From the NCBI GenBank assembly GCA_963663225.1, contig OY760142.1, positions 2,208,001-2,272,000 of the forward strand: a stretch of DNA of 64,000 nucleotides. Reading direction: 5' to 3'. A program made the position numbers and the translations under genes. Positions 50,884 through 60,082 of the stretch are shown here, piece by piece (position 1 is the stretch's first letter; every line of letters starts with the position of its first letter). The notes beneath the pieces are model-generated. The model did not search any database, was not told where the DNA came from, and saw only the letters and a program-made list of their open reading frames with translations. The stretch comes from Nitrospirota bacterium. GTDB lineage: Bacteria > Nitrospirota > UBA9217.

Positions 50884-50992
50884 ATTGTTTAAATGAAAAT
50901 TATTACCTAATCTTTTTAAGCAAGTATCTTTGGCTTGTATTCAGTTCAAATGTTGCAAGACTGCAATTTAATGAAAATTTAGGGGGTATCTT

Positions 50993-51688
50993 ATGAAGAT
51001 CAAAACCATCCATACTGCATTTATTTTGTTTATTTTCAGCACTATACTATTGACAAGTGCCTGCGTTAGCCGAACTATTCATGAAAATGTCGAAGACAAA
51101 GGACCGCAAGTAGTCGCAGCGCCTTTGCCGGCTGCGGAGCGCATGACAATTGGCATCGGCAGGTTCACCAATGAATCAGTCTATGGAAGCGGGTTGTTCA
51201 CCGACGAATCCGGCGACCGAATCGGCAAACAGGCTTCAGATATGCTGGTCCGGCACCTGCTGGAAACGCAACGATTTAATGTAGTGGAACGACCGGATAT
51301 CAGTAAACTGCGTTCCGAGGCTTCTCTGATGGGAAAAAACGAAGAGCAGTTTAAGCGAAACCTGAAAGGCGTGGATGCATTGATTCTTGGTTCCGTTGTT
51401 GAACTGGGCCGGGAAACCACCGGAGGAATCTGGCTGCTGGGCAAGGAAAAGACGCAACGCGCCCGTGCACGCGTGGTGTTGAGGATGGTTGACCCGAAAA
51501 CAGGAGAATTATTTTACAGCCAGGAGGGGAGCGGTGATGCCACCATCAGCAGCAGTTCAACCCTTGGTTTTGGAGGAACGACCGGTTTTGACTCAACCCT
51601 GGAAGGGAAAGCCATCGATGCCGCCATTGTAAATCTTATGAATAATGTCGTTAAGACGCTGGATGCTCGCCGCTCTTCCCTTAAATAA
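50993..51688 (+). CDS. CsgG/HfaB-family lipoprotein
   Basis: Lipobox TSAC; IGRFTNES.YG, GKQASDML, RFNVVERPD, LILGSV. Confidence 0.82.
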   Translation: MKIKTIHTAFILFIFSTILLTSACVSRTIHENVEDKGPQVVAAPLPAAERMTIGIGRFTNESVYGSGLFTDESGDRIGKQASDMLVRHLLETQRFNVVERPDISKLRSEASLMGKNEEQFKRNLKGVDALILGSVVELGRETTGGIWLLGKEKTQRARARVVLRMVDPKTGELFYSQEGSGDATISSSSTLGFGGTTGFDSTLEGKAIDAAIVNLMNNVVKTLDARRSSLK

Positions 51689-51709
51689 TGCTGCATACGG
51701 AGGCATATC

Positions 51710-52135
51710 GTGAAAAAGTGTTGTCTGGTCTTGCGCCGACAGATTTTGAGTACGGCTCCGGTGATCCGTTTCTGCCTGCTCGCTGGAGTCCTTCTTTTGG
51801 CCGGTTGTGCGCCGACTTTATATTATTGGGGTGATTACAACGAAAGTCTGGAGCAGCGCTATGAGAAAGAAAATCCGAATCGAGCCGAACAACTTCTGCG
51901 CGAGCAAATGACCGAATACAACACAGGGAATAAGGTGCCGCCCGGGATTTATGCTGATTATGGTTTTCTCCTGTATCGCCGGGGTGATACCGGTGGTGCA
52001 ATTGCATTTTTTGAAAAAGAAAAAAAGACTTTTCCAGAGTCTGCCCTTTTGATGGACAAACTGATTAACCGCATTAAACAGAAAACGGCGCAGGATTCTT
52101 CTAAAACATCATCAGCGGGAGAAAACAAGCCATGA
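51710..52135 (+). CDS. DUF4810-like lipoprotein
   Basis: LAGC lipobox; LYYWGDY, VPPGIYADYG, EKKTFPES. Confidence 0.8.
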   Translation: MKKCCLVLRRQILSTAPVIRFCLLAGVLLLAGCAPTLYYWGDYNESLEQRYEKENPNRAEQLLREQMTEYNTGNKVPPGIYADYGFLLYRRGDTGGAIAFFEKEKKTFPESALLMDKLINRIKQKTAQDSSKTSSAGENKP

Positions 52136-52773
52136 AAAAGATAATATTTCTCTTGGCTGTTCCGCTGATTTTATTGTCCGGTTGTGCTTTATCGACAAAA
52201 CCCGATCTTGCGGCCTTCTACGCTCATCAGCCGCGGTCTATCGTGGTGGTGCCAGTTGCCAATGACTCGCCGGAAATTACTGCGCCGGCTGTTTTTACCC
52301 CATCACTTACCATGCCGTTGGCGGAACGAGGCTATTATGTTTTTCCCATCTACTTGACGGAAATGCTGCTGCGCGATCTGGGTTTGAGCGAAGCAGGACA
52401 CATCCATCAGATGCCACCCCAGCGTTTTCTGGAACTGTTTGGAGCAGATGCAGTGCTGCTGATAACCATTAAAGACTGGAGCACAAAGTATATTGTAATA
52501 TCCTCATCCATCGTGGTGGCGGCGGACTATGTACTGAAGGACACCCGCACCGGCATGATTTTGTGGCGGGGCAATCGGAGCATTATTAAACAACCGAACA
52601 GTGGCGGAGGAGGTTTGATCGGAATGCTGGTATCTTCAGTTGTCCATGCACTAATTACGGACTACAGGCCTCTGGCTCGAGAGGCCAACAATACAGCATT
52701 TCTCCCTCCGCATGGCCTGCCCGCAGGGCCCTATCATCCGGAGTTCGGAAAGGACAAAAATCGTTTTGAATAG
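52132..52773 (+). CDS. DUF799/GNA1162-like lipoprotein
   Basis: LSGC lipobox; PRSIVVVP, PLAERGYYVFP, FGADAVL, LPAGPY. Confidence 0.82.
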   Translation: MKKIIFLLAVPLILLSGCALSTKPDLAAFYAHQPRSIVVVPVANDSPEITAPAVFTPSLTMPLAERGYYVFPIYLTEMLLRDLGLSEAGHIHQMPPQRFLELFGADAVLLITIKDWSTKYIVISSSIVVAADYVLKDTRTGMILWRGNRSIIKQPNSGGGGLIGMLVSSVVHALITDYRPLAREANNTAFLPPHGLPAGPYHPEFGKDKNRFE

Positions 52774-52967
52774 AATCTTTCGGGTTTTTATTTTTTCCGT
52801 ATTTTAGAAGACTGGACAAATTACTGTAAAAAGCAGCAAGAAACAACCGGGAGGATTTCAAGAACAGCATACGGGAACATGCATTTTATTATTTTCATGA
52901 CCTAAACACGCCCATTAAACAGCATCATTCATTTTACCGCACACCCAACCCTTTAATCGCATCAACA

Positions 52968-53102
52968 TCATCTTGTCTTTGAAACGCCCATCTTATCGTC
53001 AAGCACTTCTCGGATTTTGCCGACCAGCGCGAGAGGGGAAAAGGGCTTTGAAATTAATACGATGTCTTTATGAAGAATATAATCCCTTCTGTGGTCTGCC
53101 AT
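52968..53102 (-). pseudogene. Fragment resembling the C-terminus of a receiver domain
   Basis: MADHRRDYILHKDIVLISKPFSPLALVGKIREVLDDKMGVSKTR*; has the KP motif and final helix of REC but no N-terminal part. Confidence 0.5.
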
Positions 53103-53589
53103 GTTTTTTTGCTTTCTGTTTGTGTCCCGTTGTCATCTGATATGACGTCAACTGATTTTTTATAGAGCTCGCCAAGAAAAAAACATTATGGTCGTTCAGA
53201 AGAAAGTATTCGTTTTGTTAATAATTTATGCAGATTATTTCATAAAAATGCATAATTGCGCAAAAAGGTGAGGTTGAGTGTGTAAAAAGTCGTATAAAAT
53301 TGGAATATTAAAATTCGCAAATTAATCGCACATATGTTATCTTATTCATGATTAATAAAAAACTTTGCATGCACATGTCAGTGATTGCAAAATTAATTAT
53401 CACGGGCAAGCGAAAGCTCGTTAAGCCTATTCGTTAAAGTTTAGAATAATATGTCGATATATGGGTTGGACGTAGCGGATTTGGATGGTTGCGAGTGCTA
53501 AAAGCGACAACAGAAAATGAATAGCAATGAAGGGCGAGTGCATACGATACGTTTAATATTTTGGATGCATGGCAATCAGGAGGAAACGC

Positions 53590-53955
53590 ATGCCAAAAAA
53601 ATTATTAATTGTCGATGATTCCGCATCTATAAGAGAGTTGGTGGCGTTTACGCTTAAAGATGCAGGATATGATGTTCTTGTTGCTGAGCATGGGAAAAAG
53701 GCTCTTGCAAAACTGGCAGACACGCCGGTCGATATGATTATCACCGATCTGAATATGCCGGAAATGGATGGGAACGAACTAATCAGGCACGTGCGGGGAA
53801 TGGGACCTTACAAGTTTACACCGATAGTCATGCTGACAACGGAAGCACAGGAAAAAAAGAAGATAGAAGGGAAGAATGCTGGAGCAAACGGATGGATCGT
53901 GAAGCCATTTAAACCGGAACAGCTTGCCGAGATTGTGCGAAAATTTATAGAATAA
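53590..53955 (+). CDS. cheY: Single-domain response regulator (CheY-like)
   Basis: LIVDDS, ITDLNMPEMDG, YKFTPIVMLTTE, WIVKPF; RBS AGGAGG. Confidence 0.85.
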   Translation: MPKKLLIVDDSASIRELVAFTLKDAGYDVLVAEHGKKALAKLADTPVDMIITDLNMPEMDGNELIRHVRGMGPYKFTPIVMLTTEAQEKKKIEGKNAGANGWIVKPFKPEQLAEIVRKFIE

Positions 53956-54211
53956 CATCTTAATCTCAATAGCAATTTAGCCAAGCAATAAACAAAAAAA
54001 TATCCTGAACATTCAAAATCGCATACAGTGTTCCAGAACTGCGAACATATCCCACCGCTAAACATATCAGATACAGATTGCCTGCGTAGTGCCCGGCGAC
54101 AAACAAACACTGCTGTAAAAAACAAAAGAACTTGATGGGAAATATCTATAAAGCGGACACATATCTGCTCTTTTCGAGTACAGAACATTGTCAACTAAAC
54201 AAAAGACATCA

Positions 54212-56770
54212 TCAGGACGCCACCCTTGATGCTTTACGGAGTTTTATTATCTCAAACCATACTATGCTTACAATTCCGGCGGAGAAGCAGAGCGCGAGGT
54301 CTATTCCATGCAGCGTATTGAACTGGAAGAGTGTGTGCATGAACGGGGTGTAGAGCACAATGCCCAGAAACAGAACCGCTCCGCCCAGGACCATCCAAAG
54401 CGCGGGATTGGGATACCGGAATGTCCTGAGGATGCTGCGGGTCCATGATCTGTTTGTCAGGATCAGTCCGAGATTCGCTATGATGAGCGTCGTAAAGCAG
54501 AGGGTCCTCGCTTCAGATTCACCTTGATTGCGATACAGCGCTGTAACATATACCAGGAAAACAACGAGCAGTACAGCGGCCCCTTGCAGCAGACTGAACG
54601 CAATCATGCTGTGGCCGAAGAGCGGAACCCCGAGACTGCGGGGCGGACGCTTCATGATGTCCGACTCCTCCGTCTCCGCTTCGAATACGATTGAGCAGGC
54701 CGGATCGATGATCAATTCAAGAAATACGATATGCACCGGCAGCAGCACCAGCGGCCAGTGGAGCAGTACCGGCAGCAGCGACATCCCGGCTATCGGTACG
54801 TGGACGGCAAAAATATACACCATGGCTTTTTTGAGATTGTCGAATATCCTTCTGCCCATTCTGACAGCCTGAACGATCGACGTGAAATCGTCATCCAGCA
54901 GCACGATTGCCGAAGCCTCGCGGGCAACGTCCGTCCCCCGTCCACCCATCGCGATTCCGATATGGGCCGCCTTGAGCGCCGCCGCGTCATTCACGCCGTC
55001 GCCGGTCATGGCCACGACCTCGCCGTTTGCCTTCAATGCGTTGACGATGAACAGCTTCTGTTCAGGAGCAACTCTCGCAAAAATATCAACGTTGCCGATC
55101 TTTTGCCGGAGCTCCGCCGCGCTCATCTTCTCAATTTCTGGACCCGTGATGACCTCGGCGCGGTTCTTCAGCCCGACTTCCGCGGCGATATTCTGTGCCG
55201 TGACCGGATAGTCTCCGGTTATCATCACGACTCGTATCCCGGCCTCGGAGCACTCCTTGACGGCCTCCGTCACACCCGGCCGGACAGGATCCGCCAGACC
55301 TATCAGCCCCATGAAATCAAAAACAAAGTCATGCTGCCCAGCCGGAAGCGAACCTTTTGAGAAAACAGACCGTGCTATACCGATGACCCTGAGCCCTTCG
55401 ACCGCCATTGTGTCGATGGCGCGGGTAATCTGCTCTTTCAGGGTTTCGTCCAGATGACAGATGTCGGCAATGGCTTCGGGAGACCCCTTTGCGGCAATAA
55501 TGAAGTCCTTGCTGTCAGGTGATTTCCAGACGCGGGACATGGCCAGCAGTTCTGGGGAGAGGGGATATTCCTCCACCAGGACCCAATCGTCGTGAAGATG
55601 GCCGGTATCGGCAAGCGTCCTGTTTCCGAGTTCACGCAGGGCCATTTCCATCGGGTCGAACGGAGCCGCCTGGCTCGCGAGAATACTGAATTCGACGAGC
55701 TCATGGATATTTTCATTGATTGTTTCGGCATCGTACGCCAGATCATAGAACGTGTTTCCAGAAAATACTTTTTTTACGGACATCCGGTTCAGCGTAAGCG
55801 TGCCGGTTTTATCAACACAGAGAACAGTTGCGGAACCGAGCGTTTCCACCGCCGGAACACGCCGCGTCAGAACTCTTTTTTGCGATATCCGCCACGCGCC
55901 GAGAGCAAGGAAAATGGTCAGTACTACCGGAAACTCCTCCGGAAGCATTGCCATGGCGAGGGTTATTCCGGCAAGCAGCCCGTTCAACCAGTTGCCGCGT
56001 GTGAGACCGTAGGCGACAACAACAAGAACAAAAAGTGCCAGTCCGATGAGCGCAAGATTCCGGACCAGCTTCGCGGTTTCTTTCTGCAGACGCGTCCGCT
56101 CGTGCACGATGGTGTTGAGAGACGTGCCTATTTTTCCTATCTCCGTGTCCTCGCCGATCGCTTTGCTTTCCGCGACGCCGAAGCCCTGCACAACCAGTGT
56201 TCCGGAAAATACGCACGGCAGGCAATCACCGCCCGGGCGGGACATTGCAGTAGAGCTTTCCGCGGGTGTTTTTCTTACCGGGATTGATTCGCCGGTAAGC
56301 AATGACTCATCCACGAAGAGATTGACGCAGGAAAGAACGATTGCGTCGGCAGGCACGCGGTCTCCCTCTGCCAGAACGATGATATCGCCCCGCACCACGT
56401 CACGGCCCGGTATCCGTTTCGGGGCTCCGTCTCTGATGACGAGGGCACGGGGGCTTGCGAGGTCCCGCAATGCCTCAAGAGCGCGCTCGGTCTTGCGTTC
56501 CTGATACAGTGTTATGCCTATGACCAGAAACACGAAGCAGAGCAGCAGAAGAGCTTCGACAACATCCCCGAGTAGCAGGTAAATGCCGCCCCCGGAAATC
56601 AGAAGCAAAAACATGGGTTCCTTTATGACCTCGAAGGCTATTGTGGCGGTGCTTTTCTGTTTGGACGCAGGAAGCTCGTTATGCCCGTCTCTGGCAAGTC
56701 TTATCCCGGCTTCCGTCTCGGAAAGCCCCGGAAAGTTCTGAATATTTGTAGCTGTTTTTATCATCAGCAC
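54212..56770 (-). CDS. Cation-translocating P-type ATPase (type II-like)
   Basis: LTGES, PEEFP, DKTGTLT, KGSPE, TGDGVNDA, DDDFTSIV. Confidence 0.93.
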   Translation of the reverse strand: MLMIKTATNIQNFPGLSETEAGIRLARDGHNELPASKQKSTATIAFEVIKEPMFLLLISGGGIYLLLGDVVEALLLLCFVFLVIGITLYQERKTERALEALRDLASPRALVIRDGAPKRIPGRDVVRGDIIVLAEGDRVPADAIVLSCVNLFVDESLLTGESIPVRKTPAESSTAMSRPGGDCLPCVFSGTLVVQGFGVAESKAIGEDTEIGKIGTSLNTIVHERTRLQKETAKLVRNLALIGLALFVLVVVAYGLTRGNWLNGLLAGITLAMAMLPEEFPVVLTIFLALGAWRISQKRVLTRRVPAVETLGSATVLCVDKTGTLTLNRMSVKKVFSGNTFYDLAYDAETINENIHELVEFSILASQAAPFDPMEMALRELGNRTLADTGHLHDDWVLVEEYPLSPELLAMSRVWKSPDSKDFIIAAKGSPEAIADICHLDETLKEQITRAIDTMAVEGLRVIGIARSVFSKGSLPAGQHDFVFDFMGLIGLADPVRPGVTEAVKECSEAGIRVVMITGDYPVTAQNIAAEVGLKNRAEVITGPEIEKMSAAELRQKIGNVDIFARVAPEQKLFIVNALKANGEVVAMTGDGVNDAAALKAAHIGIAMGGRGTDVAREASAIVLLDDDFTSIVQAVRMGRRIFDNLKKAMVYIFAVHVPIAGMSLLPVLLHWPLVLLPVHIVFLELIIDPACSIVFEAETEESDIMKRPPRSLGVPLFGHSMIAFSLLQGAAVLLVVFLVYVTALYRNQGESEARTLCFTTLIIANLGLILTNRSWTRSILRTFRYPNPALWMVLGGAVLFLGIVLYTPFMHTLFQFNTLHGIDLALCFSAGIVSIVWFEIIKLRKASRVAS

Positions 56771-57063
56771 CTTAAATCTATAAAACCATAATCTTGACTT
56801 TTATTATTATTGTATCAAACCTGCGACGGGATGTGGATACTGATGAATCTGCACTGAAGCCGATCAAGTTGGCTGGTATTAGCTTAATGTCTTATCGGTA
56901 GTATGTATATTATTATATATTCTTTAAAATATAATTTTCTTCCTGTTGTCGACACTTGGAACGATTGATCCTAGTATACAATTATGAAGTAGCATAGGTG
57001 GATGGAGAAGAGGTGTAAAAAAAATATCGCAGGCACCGTCGTGGGTGTTTTATTAACCGTCGG

Positions 57064-57127
57064 GCTGCAGTATCAATCCTTCAGCTCTGCAGCATCGCAT
57101 GCGACTTGTCGCCATTGATTCTGCAGC
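57064..57127. repeat. Inverted repeat (13/14 nt arms) enclosing a small hairpin
   Basis: GCTGCAGTATCAAT...ATTGATTCTGCAGC with internal GCGAC-TT-GTCGC. Confidence 0.55.
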
Positions 57128-57192
57128 TGCGTTTCTCTGTAAAGGCTTCTCAATTCTGCTTGAAATATGCACAGATGATACGCAGAATGCTC

Positions 57193-57239
57193 TTGACAAA
57201 AAGGCCTTCTCGCTTTATCATATTAGTAATAACTCATAT
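57193..57239 (+). promoter_or_regulatory. Sigma-70 promoter with overlapping ArsR/SmtB-type operator palindrome
   Basis: TTGACA(57193)-N17-TATCAT(57216); ATATTAGT-AATA-ACTCATAT (57220-57239). Confidence 0.7.
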
Positions 57240-57241
57240 AA

Positions 57242-57601
57242 GTGAAGGCTAATGTTATGACATCTAAAATAGAAAAACTGGCAAAAATATTCAAAGTGCT
57301 AGGCGACCCGAACCGACTCACTATCGTTATGTCGATCGGCAAAAGCTCTCGATCGGTGACCGAAATCATTAATACTACAGACTTGTCTCAAACCTTGGTA
57401 TCCTTTCACTTGAAAGCGCTCCGAAATGCCTCAATAGTCAAAACAGACCGCAGTGGGCCATTTATTTATTACAGCCTCACAGAGCCGTCACTCATGGATA
57501 TTCTGGGTGAACTCACGCGCACGGTTTCTTCCATAGATTTAATAGGATCGAAGATACAGGTGGCAACCAACGGGCGGGGCTCTGACAGGAGAAGGAGGTA
57601 A
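57242..57601 (+). CDS. ArsR/SmtB family transcriptional repressor
   Basis: FKVLGDPNRLTI, SVTEI, LSQTLVSFHLKALR, GPFIYYSL; start may be ATG 57257. Confidence 0.9.
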   Translation: MKANVMTSKIEKLAKIFKVLGDPNRLTIVMSIGKSSRSVTEIINTTDLSQTLVSFHLKALRNASIVKTDRSGPFIYYSLTEPSLMDILGELTRTVSSIDLIGSKIQVATNGRGSDRRRR

Positions 57602-57603
57602 CT

Positions 57604-57849
57604 ATGTGGTGGAACGGACCGGGTCCAGGATGGGGGCCGATGTACGGCTGGTGGATCATGCCGATATTCGGGATTATTTTCCTGCTGATCATTCTTTTCA
57701 TCGTCAGCCGTTTTTTCGGCAGCGGGAACGGCTTCTGCGGCAAGCGAGAACGGCGGGATGATGACGGCATACTTGAACTGAAAAAAGAGATACAGGAACT
57801 TAAGGAAGAAATCAGGGAATTAAAGAACGCACAGGGCGGAGGCAAATAA
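57604..57849 (+). CDS. Small single-TM protein with G/W/P-rich N-terminus and coiled-coil C-terminus
   Basis: MWWNGPGPGWGPMYGWW, TM helix, ELKKEIQELKEEIRELK; RBS AAGGAGG. Confidence 0.75.
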   Translation: MWWNGPGPGWGPMYGWWIMPIFGIIFLLIILFIVSRFFGSGNGFCGKRERRDDDGILELKKEIQELKEEIRELKNAQGGGK

Positions 57850-58329
57850 ATGGAAAAGGATAAAATCGGCGACATGTTGTCGCAGGTAAGCCCCGTTCAC
57901 AAAAAAGAAATACTCAATAACCTTATTGCCACCCTACTTAAAGACCTGAACGAAACTGATAAAAAAGAAGTATTTCAAGCGATTCTGACAGGAAGAAAAA
58001 ATTCAGGTCAAGTCATCGATATGGTTGAGCGCTGAATACAGGAATGCACGGATTCCGGCGTGAATCCTGTGGAGATGAGTAAAGAGGTTATTTCGGCCAT
58101 CAGCCATTCTTATGAACTTGCCACCTATTCTACACCTGAGCTACGGGGGCTTTTCAACGACTGGTTAGGAGAAATCGAACGAGAAATCATAGAATTTCTT
58201 TCGGAGAAAGATACGGTAGATCCAGACGAGGTTTCAAAGCATTTCAGGCTTGAACGCGAAAGTGCCATATTTATATTAAGCAGGCTAGCCCGTGAGGGCA
58301 AAATCAACCTTCAGGCATCGGGTACCTGA
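57850..58329 (+). CDS. Putative selenoprotein of unknown function (159 aa; UGA 58033-58035, UxxxC), helical with winged-helix-like C-terminus
   Basis: ORFs 57850-58035 and 58060-58329 are in the same frame, joined as MVER-U-IQECTDSGVNPVEM; hairpin at 58038-58070. Confidence 0.68.
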
Positions 58330-58355
58330 TGCACAGATCCGAGATAGAAGGGAGC

Positions 58356-58619
58356 ATGGACAATAAAATACTGAATACTGGAGCTATTACATCAGCGCTG
58401 GCCTATACGTTTTGCTGACAACTTGTTACAGTCCTAGCCGGTTTTGGGTTGGGAGGCTTCACCCCGGCAGTTTGGATAGATAAATACCGTTGGCTGTTTC
58501 TGGCGGTAGCGGTTGTGCTCCTTGCATTCGCCTTTTACCGGGCGTACAGGGACCGCGAAAAGACAAGCCCATGGGGATCAGGCTTTTGTAAGGAGCTTCT
58601 ATTCTCTGCCTTGTCCTGA
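58356..58619 (+). CDS. MerT-like membrane transporter, putative selenoprotein (CU motif, UGA 58416-58418); C-terminus possibly degenerate
   Basis: RBS GGGAG; MDNKILNTGAITSALAYTFC-U-QLVTVLAGFGLGGFTPAVWIDKYRWLFLAVAVVLLAFAFYRAYR; hairpin at 58432-58454. Confidence 0.72.
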
Positions 58620-58657
58620 TATTTTATTCCCTGCTGTAGAAGACAAAGGAGTTTACC

Positions 58658-60082
58658 ATGACAGACGATCTTAAAAAGAAAAGCGGCGGTGCTTCCTGCT
58701 GACCCCCCGATACTGATGCCGGTCGGCAGCAGAGCACTTGTACAAATGACGTAGAGCAGAAGCAGTCTAATACCGAGCACTGCATGGTTTGTGGCTCATC
58801 CCTGGAATACCTTGACCAGACAAGGCATATAACATGTTCATATTGCGGAAAGATCGAGGGCGGCCATATCATGTGCCCCAACGGTCACTATATCTGCGAC
58901 CATTGCCACAACCGGGGCGCAATGGAGATTATTCAAGATATTTCGCATATGTCAAACTCTAAAGACCCATTTGAGATTGCGGAATTGATGATGAGCTATC
59001 CAGGGCTTCCCATGCTCGGGTGCCAGCATGCCTACATCGCGAGCGGTGCGCTCATGGCCGCGATAAAAAATGAGGGTTCGCGGAGCATCACAAACAACGA
59101 TATGGATGAGGTCTTCAAACGCACCGAGAAACAAGCTCATGGCGGGTACTGCGGTCTTTCAGGCGTATGCGGCATCGCTCCAGCCATTGGGGCTTGCTTT
59201 TCAGTTCTTACCGGCTCAAAATGCGGCACCACCCAAGAGCAGCAGATCACCATGGAGGCTGTAACGCGTGTATCACGCGTTATCACCGACCTTACCGGCC
59301 CAAGCTGCTGCAAAGCATATGTGCGGGGTGCCCTGGAGGTTTCGGTATCGCTTTTGAAGGATAGTTTAAATATCATCCTGCCTTCGCCTAAAGAGAAAGC
59401 GACCTGCACTTACTCAAGCAAACATCCCCATGGCTGCCGAGAAGGACAGTGTCCGTATTTTGCTGTAACTGTAGAACCCACAAGAGCAGCCTTGAACATG
59501 AGTAAAGTACCTGTCTCACTAATCATAAGAAAAGTGGCTTCAACAGATAGCAAGATGAAAGAGTTATTAAAACGAGCTTTGGAGTTAGGCGCGGATAATG
59601 CAAAAATAATCTCCACTGATTCGGTTGTGGTAGAGGAGTGGGCCCGGTGGAAGTGCCAGTACGGATGCGCACTCTATGAAAAGGATGGCTGCCATCCACC
59701 CAATGCTCCTGATGCTGAAAGTACGAAGAAACTTATGAGAGAATACAGCACGGCCGTGCTCCTTAAGGGATCCAAGGGAAAAGCACTCACAGAAATTGCA
59801 GTTCGGCTTGAAGGAGAAGCTTACCATCAGGGCTACTATAAGGCATTTGCTTTAACGGCGCTTTCAAGCGGCGGCGGAAGCGGATCGACCTGACCCTCCG
59901 GCGATAAAGAGACTCCGGGTGAGTCTCAAAATATGGAACAGCAAAACATGAGAATCCGGCCTCTTATGGAAGCCTGCGGCATTGATGTTTTTAAGACAGC
60001 AAGAAACAACGGTTTTGAAATAGACACTAAAAAAGAAACATACGGTGGTTGGAATTACTTTGCACTTATTTTGGTGGAATAA
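58658..60082 (+). CDS. Cys-rich DUF5714-like + DUF2284-like fusion, putative selenoprotein with two Sec (UGA 58700-58702 and 59891-59893), 474 aa
   Basis: RBS AAGGAG; SGGASC-U-PP leads in frame into ORF 58784; after the second UGA the frame continues with RPLMEACGIDVFKTARNNGF..NYFALILVE*; hairpins follow both UGAs. Confidence 0.82.

Noticed and set aside
53401-53430. GGGCAAGCGAAAGC upstream of cheY as a c-di-GMP-I riboswitch
   Set aside because: Only the GGGCAA/GAAA words match; the long P2 stem, GACGCAAAG junction and P3 are missing.
58327-58347. TGA-TGC at the end of the 57850 gene (ASGT-U-C-TDPR*) as a sixth Sec
   Set aside because: No SECIS-like hairpin downstream and only 5 further codons; treated as a true stop, though not fully excluded.
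58617-58661. Read-through of the MerT-like stop into YFIPCCRRQRSLP
   Set aside because: No convincing hairpin; the alternative frame explains this region better as an eroded TM helix.
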